A DNA stretch of 64,000 nucleotides, from positions 1 through 64,000 of the forward strand of contig CAJNYD010000214.1 of NCBI GenBank assembly GCA_905331295.1, in the 5' to 3' direction. Every line of letters starts with the position of its first letter. Position 1 is the stretch's first letter. Both the position numbers and the translations under genes were made by a program. Positions 42,101-54,606 of the stretch are shown here, piece after piece. Origin of the DNA: Rotaria socialis. Taxonomy: Eukaryota. Under the pieces are notes generated by a model. It searched no databases. It saw nothing but the letters and a program-made list of their open reading frames with translations, and was not told the origin of the DNA.

Positions 42101-44153
42101 CTATGGGGCAATCCAATATGCCATGAAGTAGAAAAATATCGCTTATTTATTATTTATCATTTGAAATCACTGAGAGCATTCGATGGTTTTGCTGTGGAAA
42201 TTCAAGGTTAAATTAATTCTTTGTGTGATAAACAATATTTCGGTGTTTTTTTCTTTCTTTCATATAGAAAGCGGTGAAGCGCGAGAAGTATTTGGTGGAA
42301 AATTAACACCAGATTTTATTGTAGAAAAATTAGGACATAGTAACTTTTCAGGTAAATATATTTTTCCAAAGATTTGAAAAACAACTTTAAATTAAAATTA
42401 TAAACGCTCAATATTCTAATTGATGAAAAATAAAAGAACAACTCAATAATAGCCTTCATAAGGAATTCTTGTTCTGTCTAAGTGTATTGTTCTACTTTTT
42501 AGAAATCAAGCAACTTGAATTACCTCAATGTGCAATTCGTGGCGTTGAATTAAATATTCAATTTATTGCACTTAAATGTGTTAATCTCGAACATAATCAA
42601 TTAACTAATTTCTCCGGTCTTATTCATTTACCTAATTTAAAGGTACAACCTAGCAAAGCAATATAATTTTCTTTCACTTATTTTATTTAGATACTTTGTT
42701 TGAATTATAATCGTATTGAAAGTGTTCTTCATCGACCAGCAAAACCTCGAGTTGATAATCGTGGAAAACCTATTATGGAAAATGTTGATAATCGAGTTGT
42801 TTTAGAAAATCTCGAAGTTCTTCATCTTGCGTAAATATTTTTTTTTCATGAGCCAATTCTTATTTTGAATAATAATTTTTGCTTTTCTTCTAAATTCTAT
42901 TTAGTTATAACAACATAACAGATCTTGCCCTACTTCAATTGACTAAAATTCCATCATTACGGTCTTTATTTCTGCAAGGTGAAATTCTCTTCTTTCGTAA
43001 CCTTAAAAATATATTACTGCTCTTTTTCTGTGTGTTAGGGAATGAAATATCAAAAATTGAAGGTCTCGAAGCATTACGCAATTTACGTGAATTAGTCTTG
43101 GATAAAAATAAAATTCGTGTTATAACGGAAACATCATTTTTCTTTCAAACGAATCTAGTTGAATTGCATTTAGAAGAAAATCGTCTTCGAGAATTATCTT
43201 ATTTTGATCGTATGATCAAATTAGAAAAACTGTTTTTGGGTTCAAATAAAATTCAAGTAAAAAAATTAAATATAAAAAATTTTCTTGTCTAAAGGCGACT
43301 TTTTTTTAAGGAAATTTGTGAACTAGAAAAAATTAATCCTCTTATTTGTCTCGGTGAATTATCCCTTATTAACAATCCGGTAAAATAATATTGTTGATCT
43401 GTAAACGAACTGTTGAAGTATGATAATTGTTTTTTAAGGTGTCTCGTAAAACAACTTATCGATTTTTTATTGCTTATCGATTACCACAAGTACAAATACT
43501 CGACGAACAAAATATTACCGAAGACGATCGACTTCGAGCTGAAATTTATTACGCCGAAAGTTCAGTAAGTCTTCTCCGGAGAATATATTCACAGAAACGA
43601 GATGAAGCAAAGAGCGATCGATCATTTATTTGTTCAACTCTTAAAAGAATTTTCAGAAATGATAAGACTGAATCAGAGTTGTGTGTTACTTGCACGTGTT
43701 AGTCTGAAAGACTGCTGGCCAGTAAATCATTATTGAATAATAGATTGAAAAATTGAGCATTCAATCTATCATCAGATTTTTCACTTCGACTGTCGAACTG
43801 TTTCTAAATGCCTAGAATTAAATATCTTCATGTCTGATATAATATTTTAATTCTTTTCAGCAACCTGCAGGACCCACAGGGAATGTCAATGAAATATTTC
43901 CTGGATTATTAGCTAGTGGACAACAACAACAGCAACCACAGATGCGAATCAATCAAGTAGGCTATAATGAAGGTTATGGTGGTACAAATATTCTTGATCA
44001 AGGTAAAAATTGAATCAATCTTTGAATCATCGGCTTAACTATCTTATCATTTTAGTTCGTCAACGTCAAATGCAGATACGCATAGCTGCTGCTAATATTA
44101 ATAATCCAAATGGAAAATTGAATAATGGACGTTTTTTGCCTAATGATCGATAA
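33181..44153 (+). CDS. LRRC9: Leucine-rich repeat-containing protein 9
   Basis: First exon MKDVEDESIFKEL (33181-33219) joins CEANG...LEVFFSGLPRLISLKPFPNL (36106 onward), matching the recalled LRRC9 N-terminus. SDS22-like LRR blocks, WYHMKSK coiled coil, GGNIRFEEG, LLLSRFC central domain, further LRR blocks, stop at 44153. Confidence 0.85.
33805..34379. mobile_element. Degenerate CACTA-like MITE in LRRC9 intron 1
   Basis: Imperfect terminal inverted repeats: TACTATAAGTTAAAATGTGTG versus reverse complement of the right end CACTCCAAATTAAAATGTGTCG. Multiple (G)CGACAC sub-terminal motifs at both ends. No clear TSD. Confidence 0.55.
34646..34920. mobile_element. Second degenerate MITE (GC-rich CCCC(A/G)GGGA motifs) in LRRC9 intron 1
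   Basis: GC-rich island of repeated semi-palindromic CCCCAGGGAG/CCCCGGGGA units. Left end AACTCTCCCTAGA...GGGAGTC resembles the reverse complement of the right end CACTCTCTCCAGA...GAGAGTC. Confidence 0.5.
38828..38850. repeat. (CT)n microsatellite in LRRC9 intron
   Basis: Direct reading. Confidence 0.9.
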
Positions 44154-44258
44154 TAACAATTTTTTTGTTTTAAATATAAATTCAAACGAAAAACATAATG
44201 ATAACTTTTGTATCTAAGCAGATAAAATAAATGAAGATTCATTTTTTTCTCTATATGC

Positions 44259-45078
44259 ATGCTGCTTATCGTTTTTATTTTGTTTGTAAAAATCGTATTC
44301 TTCTCATGTATATTCGGAAATAAAAGTGAAGAAAATTTATTCGATGAAATAAATCGACAACGAAAAAATTTTGGTTTATCAAATGTCGAAATTCATTTAA
44401 CATTACAATTAGCTGCAGAAAAACGTTGTCATAATCAACGACAATTGATTGACTCCTATCAAAGAATGCTATCGAATGCGTACAGAGATGGCGATTGGCC
44501 CAGACAAGAACAGCTCGATAAAGTTTTCTCTCATGGTAAAATACGATTTAATCTAAGTTCATTGCCTTTCCGGTTTTTTATTATTATCAAACTTTATAGT
44601 AAATGAAAGAATCTATCTTAATGGTATCGATATACGGAATGATATTTTTCAAAGATATCATCTTATTCCAAAGCCATACGAAAGAAATTTAGTCTATATT
44701 GGTATTGCGTTGCATGAATATAGAAATTTTTCAGCTACATGTATTGTTTATGGAGAATTAAATAATTCGATTTCAAATAACAGTAGACTTATACGTCTTC
44801 TTTACATCCTTATTGGTTGTGGAATTCTTCTGTTGAGTTTAATCGTTTGTAGTATTGTGAATGATCAACGACAAATGAAATTAAAACAACAATTAGAGCA
44901 GGAAATCATTGATAATAGAAATACGATTGTTCCGAACAATTCAACGACTGTATTTATTGATAAAGATCGAAAATCATCAACACATCGAGCAGACATGAAT
45001 CGAATGACAGTGGCACGATTAGGCTCCGTAGTAGGTGAACGTTCGTCAGCTGTTCATAGCTTTTTTGCAAAGACGTAA
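44259..45078 (+). CDS. Single-pass membrane protein with a degenerate CAP/SCP-like ectodomain
   Basis: Two exons (intron 44536-44599 keeps frame). Signal peptide, LFDEINRQRKNFGLSNVEIHLTLQLAAEKRC (CAP helix pattern), YIGIAL...TCIVYG, TM helix LLYILIGCGILLLSLIVCSIV and a cytoplasmic tail. Confidence 0.7.
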
Positions 45079-46165
45079 ATAAAATTCGCTTAGAAAAAGA
45101 ACTCGATCTTTGAAATAAGTAAATCACTATAATCAATACGTCTTATGATCAAGTTTCTCGTCATAAAAGAAAAGTCTGATCAGTGTCAGTACTCGTTGAA
45201 CAAGTGTTTGTTTTATTCGAAATCCTTACAGTTTAATACATATATTTTAAAATCTTCAAAGTAGGGTAAGTTATTAATTAAAATATAACTGAATATTGTC
45301 CAAAATAACATCCAATCACGATACTAGGGTAAATACCACGATAGATATTATTAGGGAAACGTCAAAATCTATGACAAACCATAATTGATGTGTCGGTAAC
45401 ATCCTCCCGCCATGCCCCATCAGAGACTTAGACGGATATGATCGATGTAAGGTCACTGGCCGTGACAGATAGTTAAACAACACTCGTCTTCTTATCACAG
45501 ACTGCAACAAACATTATTGGTATATGATACCAGACTGAAGAGTAATAAATGTTCGTTATCAAGTACATGAATTATTTATTTTATTTCTCGAGACTTCAGT
45601 TAAACGATGTTCACAGCATTTTCTAACAATAGACAAAATAAAAAGTCTACTTCTGATGAACAACGATGAATATATTCTGCAATAGTTTTGAATGTCCACG
45701 GAGGCTATTGCTCTGAGTGCGTCTATAGTAACTGTGTCACGGTAGCTTAGTTAGTACTTGATCTTTATTTTGTGCAAGAAAACTAGCCACAAGATATGGC
45801 ATAGTGAAACACTTGCGTTTTTCGTTTTTTTTTTGCTTGAAAGAAAAAAAAGAATTTGGCATGTCTAATCCTTCAATTTTTAAATGTTATGGCATGAGAT
45901 TTATAGAAACTCATTTGACGGAAGATATATGTAGAATAATTGATGAAGTCTATCAGATAATTTTCTTGAATTCGTGAATATTGTCAAGTACATCATGTCA
46001 AACAACTAAATTTCTACTTACTTAAACACACAAAATTCAAGAGGCATTCGCCTCTCATGCAATATTTTTCTTTTATTTAAACAATATTTGTAAATTCATG
46101 ACTAAAAACTTTTGAATTGAGCTTGTTAATGTACACGAAAAATCATGTTTGTTTTTATTGACTTA

Positions 46166-46984
46166 TTAATCTAAAAATTGAATTCTCGGTTTAGGATTTT
46201 TCGTATTCCCATGATATCGAATTGGAATCGGTTTAATAAGCGGTGATAAATCAGTTTTTGTGTCACTATCAGTAGTTGCTTCATTTTTTTCACATAATTC
46301 GTCATTGTTGGTCAATATGAATGATTGATAGTTTTTCGGCATATGCATAATCGATTGATTATATTTAGGTAATAAAGCTAAACGATCTGTCGGTATTGTT
46401 GTTAACTGTTTATACTCTTTAGTTGATGATGACGGTGATAACAATGAGTTTGACGATGTTTGATGCGTATTTAATGAACATGATGTTAATGGTAGTGTTT
46501 GACTACGTGATAGACTTGTTTTAGGTTGTGTTTTCGTAGTCATACTTTCAACAAGAACTGAATTTATTCGATTAATTAAATTTGGTGTTAGCAATGGCGA
46601 TTGTATTGATGCTGACGATGATTTTTTTTTATTGTGTGCTTTATATGTTTGTATGACTTGTAATACAATAATAAAAATAATTGTGCCCATATAAAAAATG
46701 AATATACTTATTGTAACATAGACAAGCGAAAAATATGCTGGATCATCTTCCGCTTGTATGACACAAATAATAGCTATGGCCGCTAGAATAAGATTAATTA
46801 AACCCAAAATGTAAAGCGAATGTTGAGCTATCATTTTTCTAATATATTGATAGAATAATGATAGACTATAGAGTCTAGTATTGAAAGCATTTATTTTAAT
46901 ACTGCTGGTGTTTGATAGAGATGATAATGATTTTGGTGTCGCAATTTCAATGGACAGACTTGTTCTTGGATGGATAAAATGCAT
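46166..46984 (-). CDS. Hypothetical protein with two TM helices and Ser/Thr-rich tail
   Basis: Long stop-free frame in AT-rich DNA (open from 47086, first in-frame ATG 46984) with two hydrophobic segments (LYILGLINLILAAIAIICVI; YFSLVYVTISIFIFYMGTIIFIIVL). Confidence 0.75.
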   Translation of the reverse strand: MHFIHPRTSLSIEIATPKSLSSLSNTSSIKINAFNTRLYSLSLFYQYIRKMIAQHSLYILGLINLILAAIAIICVIQAEDDPAYFSLVYVTISIFIFYMGTIIFIIVLQVIQTYKAHNKKKSSSASIQSPLLTPNLINRINSVLVESMTTKTQPKTSLSRSQTLPLTSCSLNTHQTSSNSLLSPSSSTKEYKQLTTIPTDRLALLPKYNQSIMHMPKNYQSFILTNNDELCEKNEATTDSDTKTDLSPLIKPIPIRYHGNTKNPKPRIQFLD

Positions 46985-47998
46985 TTCATTGCATTTATTT
47001 CCTTGTTTTGATAGTAGCGTCTTATCTTTGATATATTCGTATGTGACCTCGTTTTGTGCAGCAATAGAACTGACATCAAATATCAAATAGATCGAATCGC
47101 ATGAAGGAAGAAAAACGTTCTTGTGAGACCTTTCTTCGCTGTTTCACTGTCTGTTTCCCATGCGTAATACATTATTCGACGTTCATCATCATGCTGCTCA
47201 CATACACATCGAATCAAATGCAAGTTGGTTACTTTCCCCATTTCTTTTTTCCTTCTCCTGCTGCCAGTTTTCTATATCGAGCATCTAAAAATTTATTAAA
47301 TGGCATACTAAGTAGAATGCAAAAGACATTCATGTCAGTTTAGTCTTACTATCGCTGAACAGCATCGAACAAGCTAAAATAAACGATACAAAAATGTTTA
47401 ATACATAAATCTAATAGAAATATTTTCTTTTTCTTTTGATTATTGTACTATTTAATGCCTGTCGAATTAAATATTTAGCAAATGGAAGCAATACGAAATT
47501 TATTATTTAGTTGATCAAGAGAAAAACAGATTTTAAAGTCTGAGCGTATTATATCCGTTGAAAAATATTGAATCTATGTTTGGTTTAATAGATCATCGAT
47601 TCACATGAATAAGAAAATTTGATTTTTTTTGCTATCTTTATCAGTAACTATCTTCTATGACATCATTTAATGAAATATTGATTGTTTTTTCTACCAAACA
47701 AGATAACCCGATTGCTTTGGAGTGTTGAAATAGATTGTATTAAATGAAAGATCGTTTCTATTAACCGCAAAGTCTCTTCGGTGCTTTTTTTTTTGGTATT
47801 GCCTTATGACACTCAGTAATGCTGTTGCAAACAGATATTTATTCACAACTCTTAAATTACTGTTCGCTCGCTTTTTTTTTATCATAGCTCGAATGTATTG
47901 TATTTTGAGTACAAAACAGTAGAACTAAACACACCAAACGTATTCATATTTCATGCCAATTATCAACGATTTCTTCATATTTTGACTTAGTGGGTGTA

Positions 47999-48021
47999 AC
48001 ACACACACACACACACACACA
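47999..48021. repeat. (CA)n microsatellite
   Basis: Direct reading. Confidence 0.9.
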
Positions 48022-48233
48022 TTCTATTTCTTAAATACAAAAGAAGAATCACTTGATAGAAAAACAGAATAACAAAGTCTGTATGTTTCGCTCGGCAGAT
48101 GCGTAATTGACACCAACTACCTCTTACATGTATAACTATCATCAAGACTAAAAAAGAATCATGTGAAAAGTTGCTTCGTTTTTATTTTTTGATCTTTGAG
48201 GAAAGAAGAGTATAGAGTTCTTTAGATATTATA

Positions 48234-51200
48234 ATGCTTCTATATTTGACATTAACGATTATCGTTCTATTACAATTCACAGAACAAGATATCGTTGCAC
48301 AGGTAAATCATATAAATTATTTTGTTTTATTGGTAATAATCAATATAAATGATAAAACACAAAAACCTAGTAGCTTATCTCGACAGAAAATAGTCGACTA
48401 CATTTGTTTCTGCCCTATAGAAATTTTCACGAATCAAGGAGGTGTTTATTTTTTAAACAACAAAACAGATAGTATTCATGAATTAATAATTAAAATACAA
48501 AAAGAACTTTGTTTGCTAATTTCTATTCTAGAATGAGACAATAACGGAAGCAACAACAGCAACAACAACATTAAAATTATCAATTAAAGATAAAATGAAG
48601 GTATATAGTAGAAAATAGAAAAATGATTTGTTATATTTTATTTGTCATTTAAAAATATTGACATATAGAATAAGATTAGTTATCGAATTTCAGAAGTACA
48701 TCAAAGCAGCATTATCGGAAAAGACAGTATGTATTTATATTAGATAAAAAGCAAACAATAGTTGCATGCAACACAAAGTCAAAGTTCGCCAGTCGATCAG
48801 GTTGAGAGTAGCATGCCATGGATATTGGCATTCATAAAACATGTCTTCTTTTTTACTTTCTGAACTCATATATGAGACAAAAAATGGATCAAGTTTAATA
48901 CGAAAAATTTATCGTCGAATATTAAATCGAAACGATTATTCAGTGTGTTGCTTATACATAAGAAGAAAACGACGTTGCGTTTTTTTCTTCTGTTATCATA
49001 AATCTAATTTTTACGTCTGAGAGGAAATAACGAAAGGGCGGCATCGATATATATTATGATTCATTCGTAACAGAGAGATCTATAAATATTGGAAGCAACA
49101 ATACATTTGCATATCTTTCTATATAAGTGTAAGTCATTTAAGAATAAATTAGTGCATCTGAAAACTAATTCGGTGAGATATTAACGTTTTGCCTAATATT
49201 TCCGAGCGAATTCTGTTTATATTTCCTAGTGTTTATAGACTATTTAAAAGAAATACTATTGGTCAATGGTGTTATTTTCACTAATTTATGTACTTTTAGC
49301 TTTTCAAAATGTGAGTTATTCATAGAATTGAATCTATTCGGAATTGTTTTCTATGAGAATAGTAAAAATATACATTTTGTAGTTATTTCTGGAATTCGTC
49401 TGACTATTTCAGACACAGATTTACTTATTTATCGTAATAAATGCGATTAGCTTGATGAAATGCATCGACATATTATAAATGACTGATAGTTGCAGTAGAA
49501 TAACATTCCAAGCAACTGTTAGATACATTTTCTATATTAATTGACGTGCTTATCATTTGACGAAGAAAAAAAAGCATCTTTCAAAATACAAAACTTTTTC
49601 ATTAAGACAATTAAAACAAGCAATATGCCGAGTAATAATACGGTTTCAAACAAAGTAATTTACTGATTTGCTGATGTTATTCTGTGAAACATAAAATTAT
49701 TTCTAGCCTATGCTGCCTCCACCGGACAAACTCTTCTTCGAATATCTACGTTGTCGTCAATTCAGTTCTATCAATAAATTACCTAGTAGATTAGATTTCT
49801 CTATTTTTATTTTGAAAAAAAAGATAAAATGATTCCATTCAGATAGTTATTCATGTCCGTATGATTTCGATGAAGATAATCGTGTTTGTTGGAAAGCAGC
49901 ACCGAGCGGTTCATATGCATTTGCTACAATAGAATATGATCATGGTTTAAATCATTTCTATGATGGTGTTCGTTATGGCATTGAAAATTGTTAGTTAGAC
50001 TTGTCTTTTTTTATGTTTATTAAAAGTCAAATAATATAATTAGGTACTTTACAACGTTTCTGTCAAAATAATGGAACTTGGGCAATGCCGATTTCATCTG
50101 ATATTCAATGTGACAGATGCATTGGCGATGGTCGCCCTGTAAAAGTAAAGAAATATTTAATGAAAGACTTTTTTAAAAATTTTCTGTTGTTGTTTAGTTT
50201 AATTCAATTAGTATTATGATTGAAACAATGAGTTTGAGTTTATCTCTTCTATCGTTGACAATAGCTATATTATGCATGATAAATATCAAGTATGTTTCTT
50301 ATTTTTATGTAAAACTTTTTCGTCTTAACCCACCTGATGCAAACCAACGTGTTTATCCAACGCGTAGACCCCCTATATCTAATATTTCTAGTAATTATAA
50401 TAAATGTCCGCTTTTATGTCGATGTTTTCTAACCTTTAGACGGCTACATTTGCCCCGAAACCTGCTTCATATCCATCTTTTCCTTGCTTTTATCCTTCGT
50501 TCGATTGTTAAACTTGTATTCATACACTTGATCATTGGCGGTTATACATATTCGATGATAAGGTTTACCCGTGATAAATGCGGAAATATAGAAATTATTT
50601 CAAAATCATCAAATTTATTTCATGTAAATATTTTTTTTGAGAAAATTTGATTTTCCAAATTGTTTTCTAAATTAAGGTTATCGGTTGTCGTGTATTAGCA
50701 TCCTTATTTTGGTATACAGATGCTGTGTCGCAGACGTTTGTATTCTGTGAAGCGATGTTCTTATTTACAGCATTAACGAGTCATTTATTTCGTGATCGTG
50801 GCTGTACAGTGTTCGCTTTATGGGGCTGGTTAAGTCCATTGATTTGGTTGTCAATGTGGATTGCATCACACATATTAACAGATAGATTTAAACATCGATC
50901 AACATGTTGGTTAGAAGCTGATAATACAACATATTTTTATTATTTCTTTTATGTTCCGTATGCATTCTATTTATTTATGAATTTTGGTATATTTCTATTT
51001 CTTGTTCGACTTCTCTATACAAAATATCGATCAAATTATGTTCCGGCAAATAGAACTGCAAATCGGTTAGTAAAAAACACAGCAACTTTTGTCTCCTCCA
51101 CTACAATTAGAAGATTATTTGTTTGGTGGATTGGGTTTTGGTTTGTATTTGAAATGCCTTTAAGAATTTAATATGATGATACTTGCCAAACTGAAAACGG

Positions 51201-52632
51201 ATGTTCCTCGTATGCGGGTTGAGCCTAAATTTCGATAGAGCTGTCCACTTCGTACAGTTGTTTTTTCGTTGTAATTTTTCGTGAATGAATATCGAACTTC
51301 ATTGCTGATGACCACTGAGAATCTTTACTATACGTATGACTCAAAGCAGCTTTACCCTAGACAATTTAAGATAGGTTAAGTGAAACTAAATTAAAATAAT
51401 TAGTTCTACTAAAATTAGTATTCGTGAAAAAATGATAGACTTAAAAGAAAAATAAAAGAAACGTGAAAACTGCCAGATCTTATTCAACTAATGTTCGTTA
51501 GGGTAAGAATTCTATTGTGTGAAAATCTTCACTGAATAGAAAATCTAATTTTATTAGCGTCATTCTAAGTTTAACTGAGTACAGATCAGTGCTTTATTTC
51601 TGTAGTATGAAAGTATCAAAACGTGACTTGACTGTGAGGTGAATATTGAAATAAAATAATTGGTTCATGATTTTAGTCATCTTATAAAATCAATACTTAT
51701 ATTAATACCATTATTTGGTCTTCATTCATTATTTGTTATGTGGGTTTTTCATCATAAAAATCAAGGTCATACCGTATGGTATTATATTGCTGTTATGTTT
51801 AAAGCTGTTTTTGGTGATCTACAAGTAAATTTGAAACACAATGAATAATCATCAATTGAGTTTTGTCTTTTTGTTGTTTCAGGGTTTTTTCACTTCACTT
51901 ATTTATTTTTATTTCAATACGGAGATTCGCACAGAAGTTCTTCGACAAGTTCAACGCACATTATCAAGTAATGATGCTCTTCGACGTAGTTCAGCTGGTG
52001 AAACCTTATCAACACGTTTATCCGTTTTTCGTATATCATTGAATCGTCGTCGTCATTCATCAAATCAAAATCGTAATGGCAAATGTCGTACAACAGTAAC
52101 CTATTCTCCATCACCGGTTTTAAATCAGAGTCAAGTCTATTGGAGAAACGTTTCTGCATTTATTTGTCCGTGTTCAAGTAATAAAAGCAATGATAAGAAT
52201 AAGAATACCAACGAAATATTAGAACAAGTCAATGGACCACAACAACGACTATCTATTGGACTGAAGACTCAAGAAAAAGAAATAGCGCCGGTTATTCAGA
52301 CGAATTTATTATCTGATGACAATGATGGAGAGGGTGTAACAACAACTGTGTCTCTACGAGATCGTCCATCAAAAAGTACAATTGATATTGATGGGTTGAC
52401 ATGTGATACGATTGTTATGAAAAATGAAAATGAAGCATTATTGAGCGATGCAAACGATGTTACTATTCACCAATCACCATTTTCTGGTGGAGCAACACCA
52501 ACTTTGTCGCATTCTGAATTATCCATCGCGCGTAATGATGCTACGAATTATCATGTACGATCGAAAAGTGATGGACATGATTTAAAAGAACTCGTACCGA
52601 AATTTTCCGCCGATAATAAATCATTGAAATAA
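48234..52632 (+). CDS. Class B1 (secretin family) peptide-hormone GPCR
   Basis: Signal-peptide exon, ectodomain CPYDFD...VCW and RFCQNNGTW, then RLHLPRNLLHIHLFLAFILRS, GW..P, CWL, LIKSILILIPLFGLH and QGFFTSLIYFYFNTEIR, with a long Ser/Thr-rich tail. Confidence 0.92.
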
Positions 52633-53694
52633 ATATTGTTTCTGATTACAATTTTTATGTTAAAAGAAACAACATATTGACAACAAATCTGTATTTTCTC
52701 CGACTTACTTTTACCTGCATATGTATAGAATAGATGTTTTTCTTTTTTTCTTACATTCCTCTATTGGTTTATGGAGAGAAGAAAGATAACATATTATGTA
52801 TGTATTTGTAAATAAAGAAGTACTTCTTAGAAGAAGATAAAAATCATCTAGATAGTTGTTATTTAAAATAATATACACTAAAGGTCCATGCGTAAGTTAC
52901 TGTTCGATCAATTTTTTCTATCGAATATAATCCAAAAAATAATAATTTTCAACCGAATGTTTTTTGCAGACAACACAAATAATATAAATATAAACATAAA
53001 ATAATCTATGCGCTGATGCATTTAATATTTTCCTTAATTATTCTTGACATTCTTGTCCTATCGTTCGAATAATATTAATGCAATTTATGTTTATGTCTGG
53101 ATCTCTGTGACTTACGCGATACTTTATTAGATAGTGTTGAAAATTCATTTTTACTTGATCGGAGCGTTGAAAACAGTTAGAGAGTATAGCTTGTTATTAT
53201 TTCAAATTTGACCGTGTCCTCAATAAACCATTTTTGAAACGTTGATATTTGAACGAAATCAAAATTAGTAATAATTGACTTTGACCTGATAATATTACTT
53301 CCGAATCATGCTCGATACTTGACCTTTTTAGGTTTGTCTTCTATATGTAGCTTGTAGAAAGAATCATAGACAAAGCCTTAAGTCGAAAATTATGAACATG
53401 AATTTTAGTTTTCATTAAAATATTTTTTTGTTTGTGTTTTACCAAATATTTCTTAGGTTGAATCCTCACATTAATTTTTTCACAGAGATTTGATTCAACA
53501 AAGCAAGCAATATCTGCGAATTTCATATCATACAAAAAAAGTAACGTCAATAAAATATCTATATAATTATTCTATGTCGTACATTGATTCAACACGATTC
53601 AAATATTAATATGCCATAGAATATATATTGTATTGATTAGTGACAAAAGAAAAATTTGCTTTTTTCAGGTAAAATATTCGTTGTAATATTACTA

Positions 53695-54606
53695 CTATTC
53701 AGTAATTTGATGCCGAAAATTCCTCTCGGCAAGCGTTAACGTTGTACGTCTTTGATGAGGAGGTAATGGCATACCCACTGAAGAAGAAAAAACAAATCTT
53801 GTTACTTGAATACATAGAAAATGTGAACTTTGTTTACCTTCGGGAAAATCTGATTTTGTTGAATTTTTATGAAGTTTATTCGATTCCTGAATAGCTGCAA
53901 TTAACCGCTGAGTTTCCAACACATTTCTACCTACGCTATAATCATTGATAGTAATTTGACGAAGAATACCGGAATCATCGATAATAAACATTGCTCTAAC
54001 AATAGTAATGACAAAATGATCATTATTATTCAAAAGTAAATATTGAAAAACAAACCGATAGGGAATTCCATGTTCTTCATCGAGAATACCATATTTTTTT
54101 GATATCTCCATGTTTCTATCTGCAATTAATGGAATTGTAATACCATGAGCTCCACCTTGTCTAGGTGGCACAGTTAAGCTATTAAAGTACGAAAACCAAA
54201 ATACAATAAAAGAGCATACAAAATAGATATGCAAACCATTTTAAATAATTATAATGACTTTCAATTGAACAAGCAACTATATAGGCATTAATTTTTTCGA
54301 AATCTTTCAAATGATCATTGAATGCAATTAACTCTGCCAATGAAAATATTCAAAAATAGTTAAAGTTTCTTTTTATAAGCAAACCTGTTGGGACGATGTA
54401 ACTATTAGATATGTTAAAAACAAATATACATATTTATTCAATTATTGTCTACGCTGTTAATAGTCTACTTACAAATTCATTGGAAAAAAGAGTAAAATAA
54501 CGTATTTTCGGTTATAATCCCTTAATGATACTTCTGTTAATTTATTATTCACTATTGCTTGCGCTTTGAACTCGGGTGCAGGTTTACCAATACGTGGCAA
54601 AGACAT
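53695..54606 (-). CDS. Peroxiredoxin (AhpC/Prx1 fold) lacking both catalytic cysteines
   Basis: MSLPRIGKPAPEFKAQAIV...VILLFFPMNF|YIVPT|ELIAFND...ACSIES...RQGG...IPLIAD...ISKKYGIL...YRAMFIIDDSGILRQITINDYSVGRN. Six exons including a 17-nt micro-exon at 54385-54401. Confidence 0.88.
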
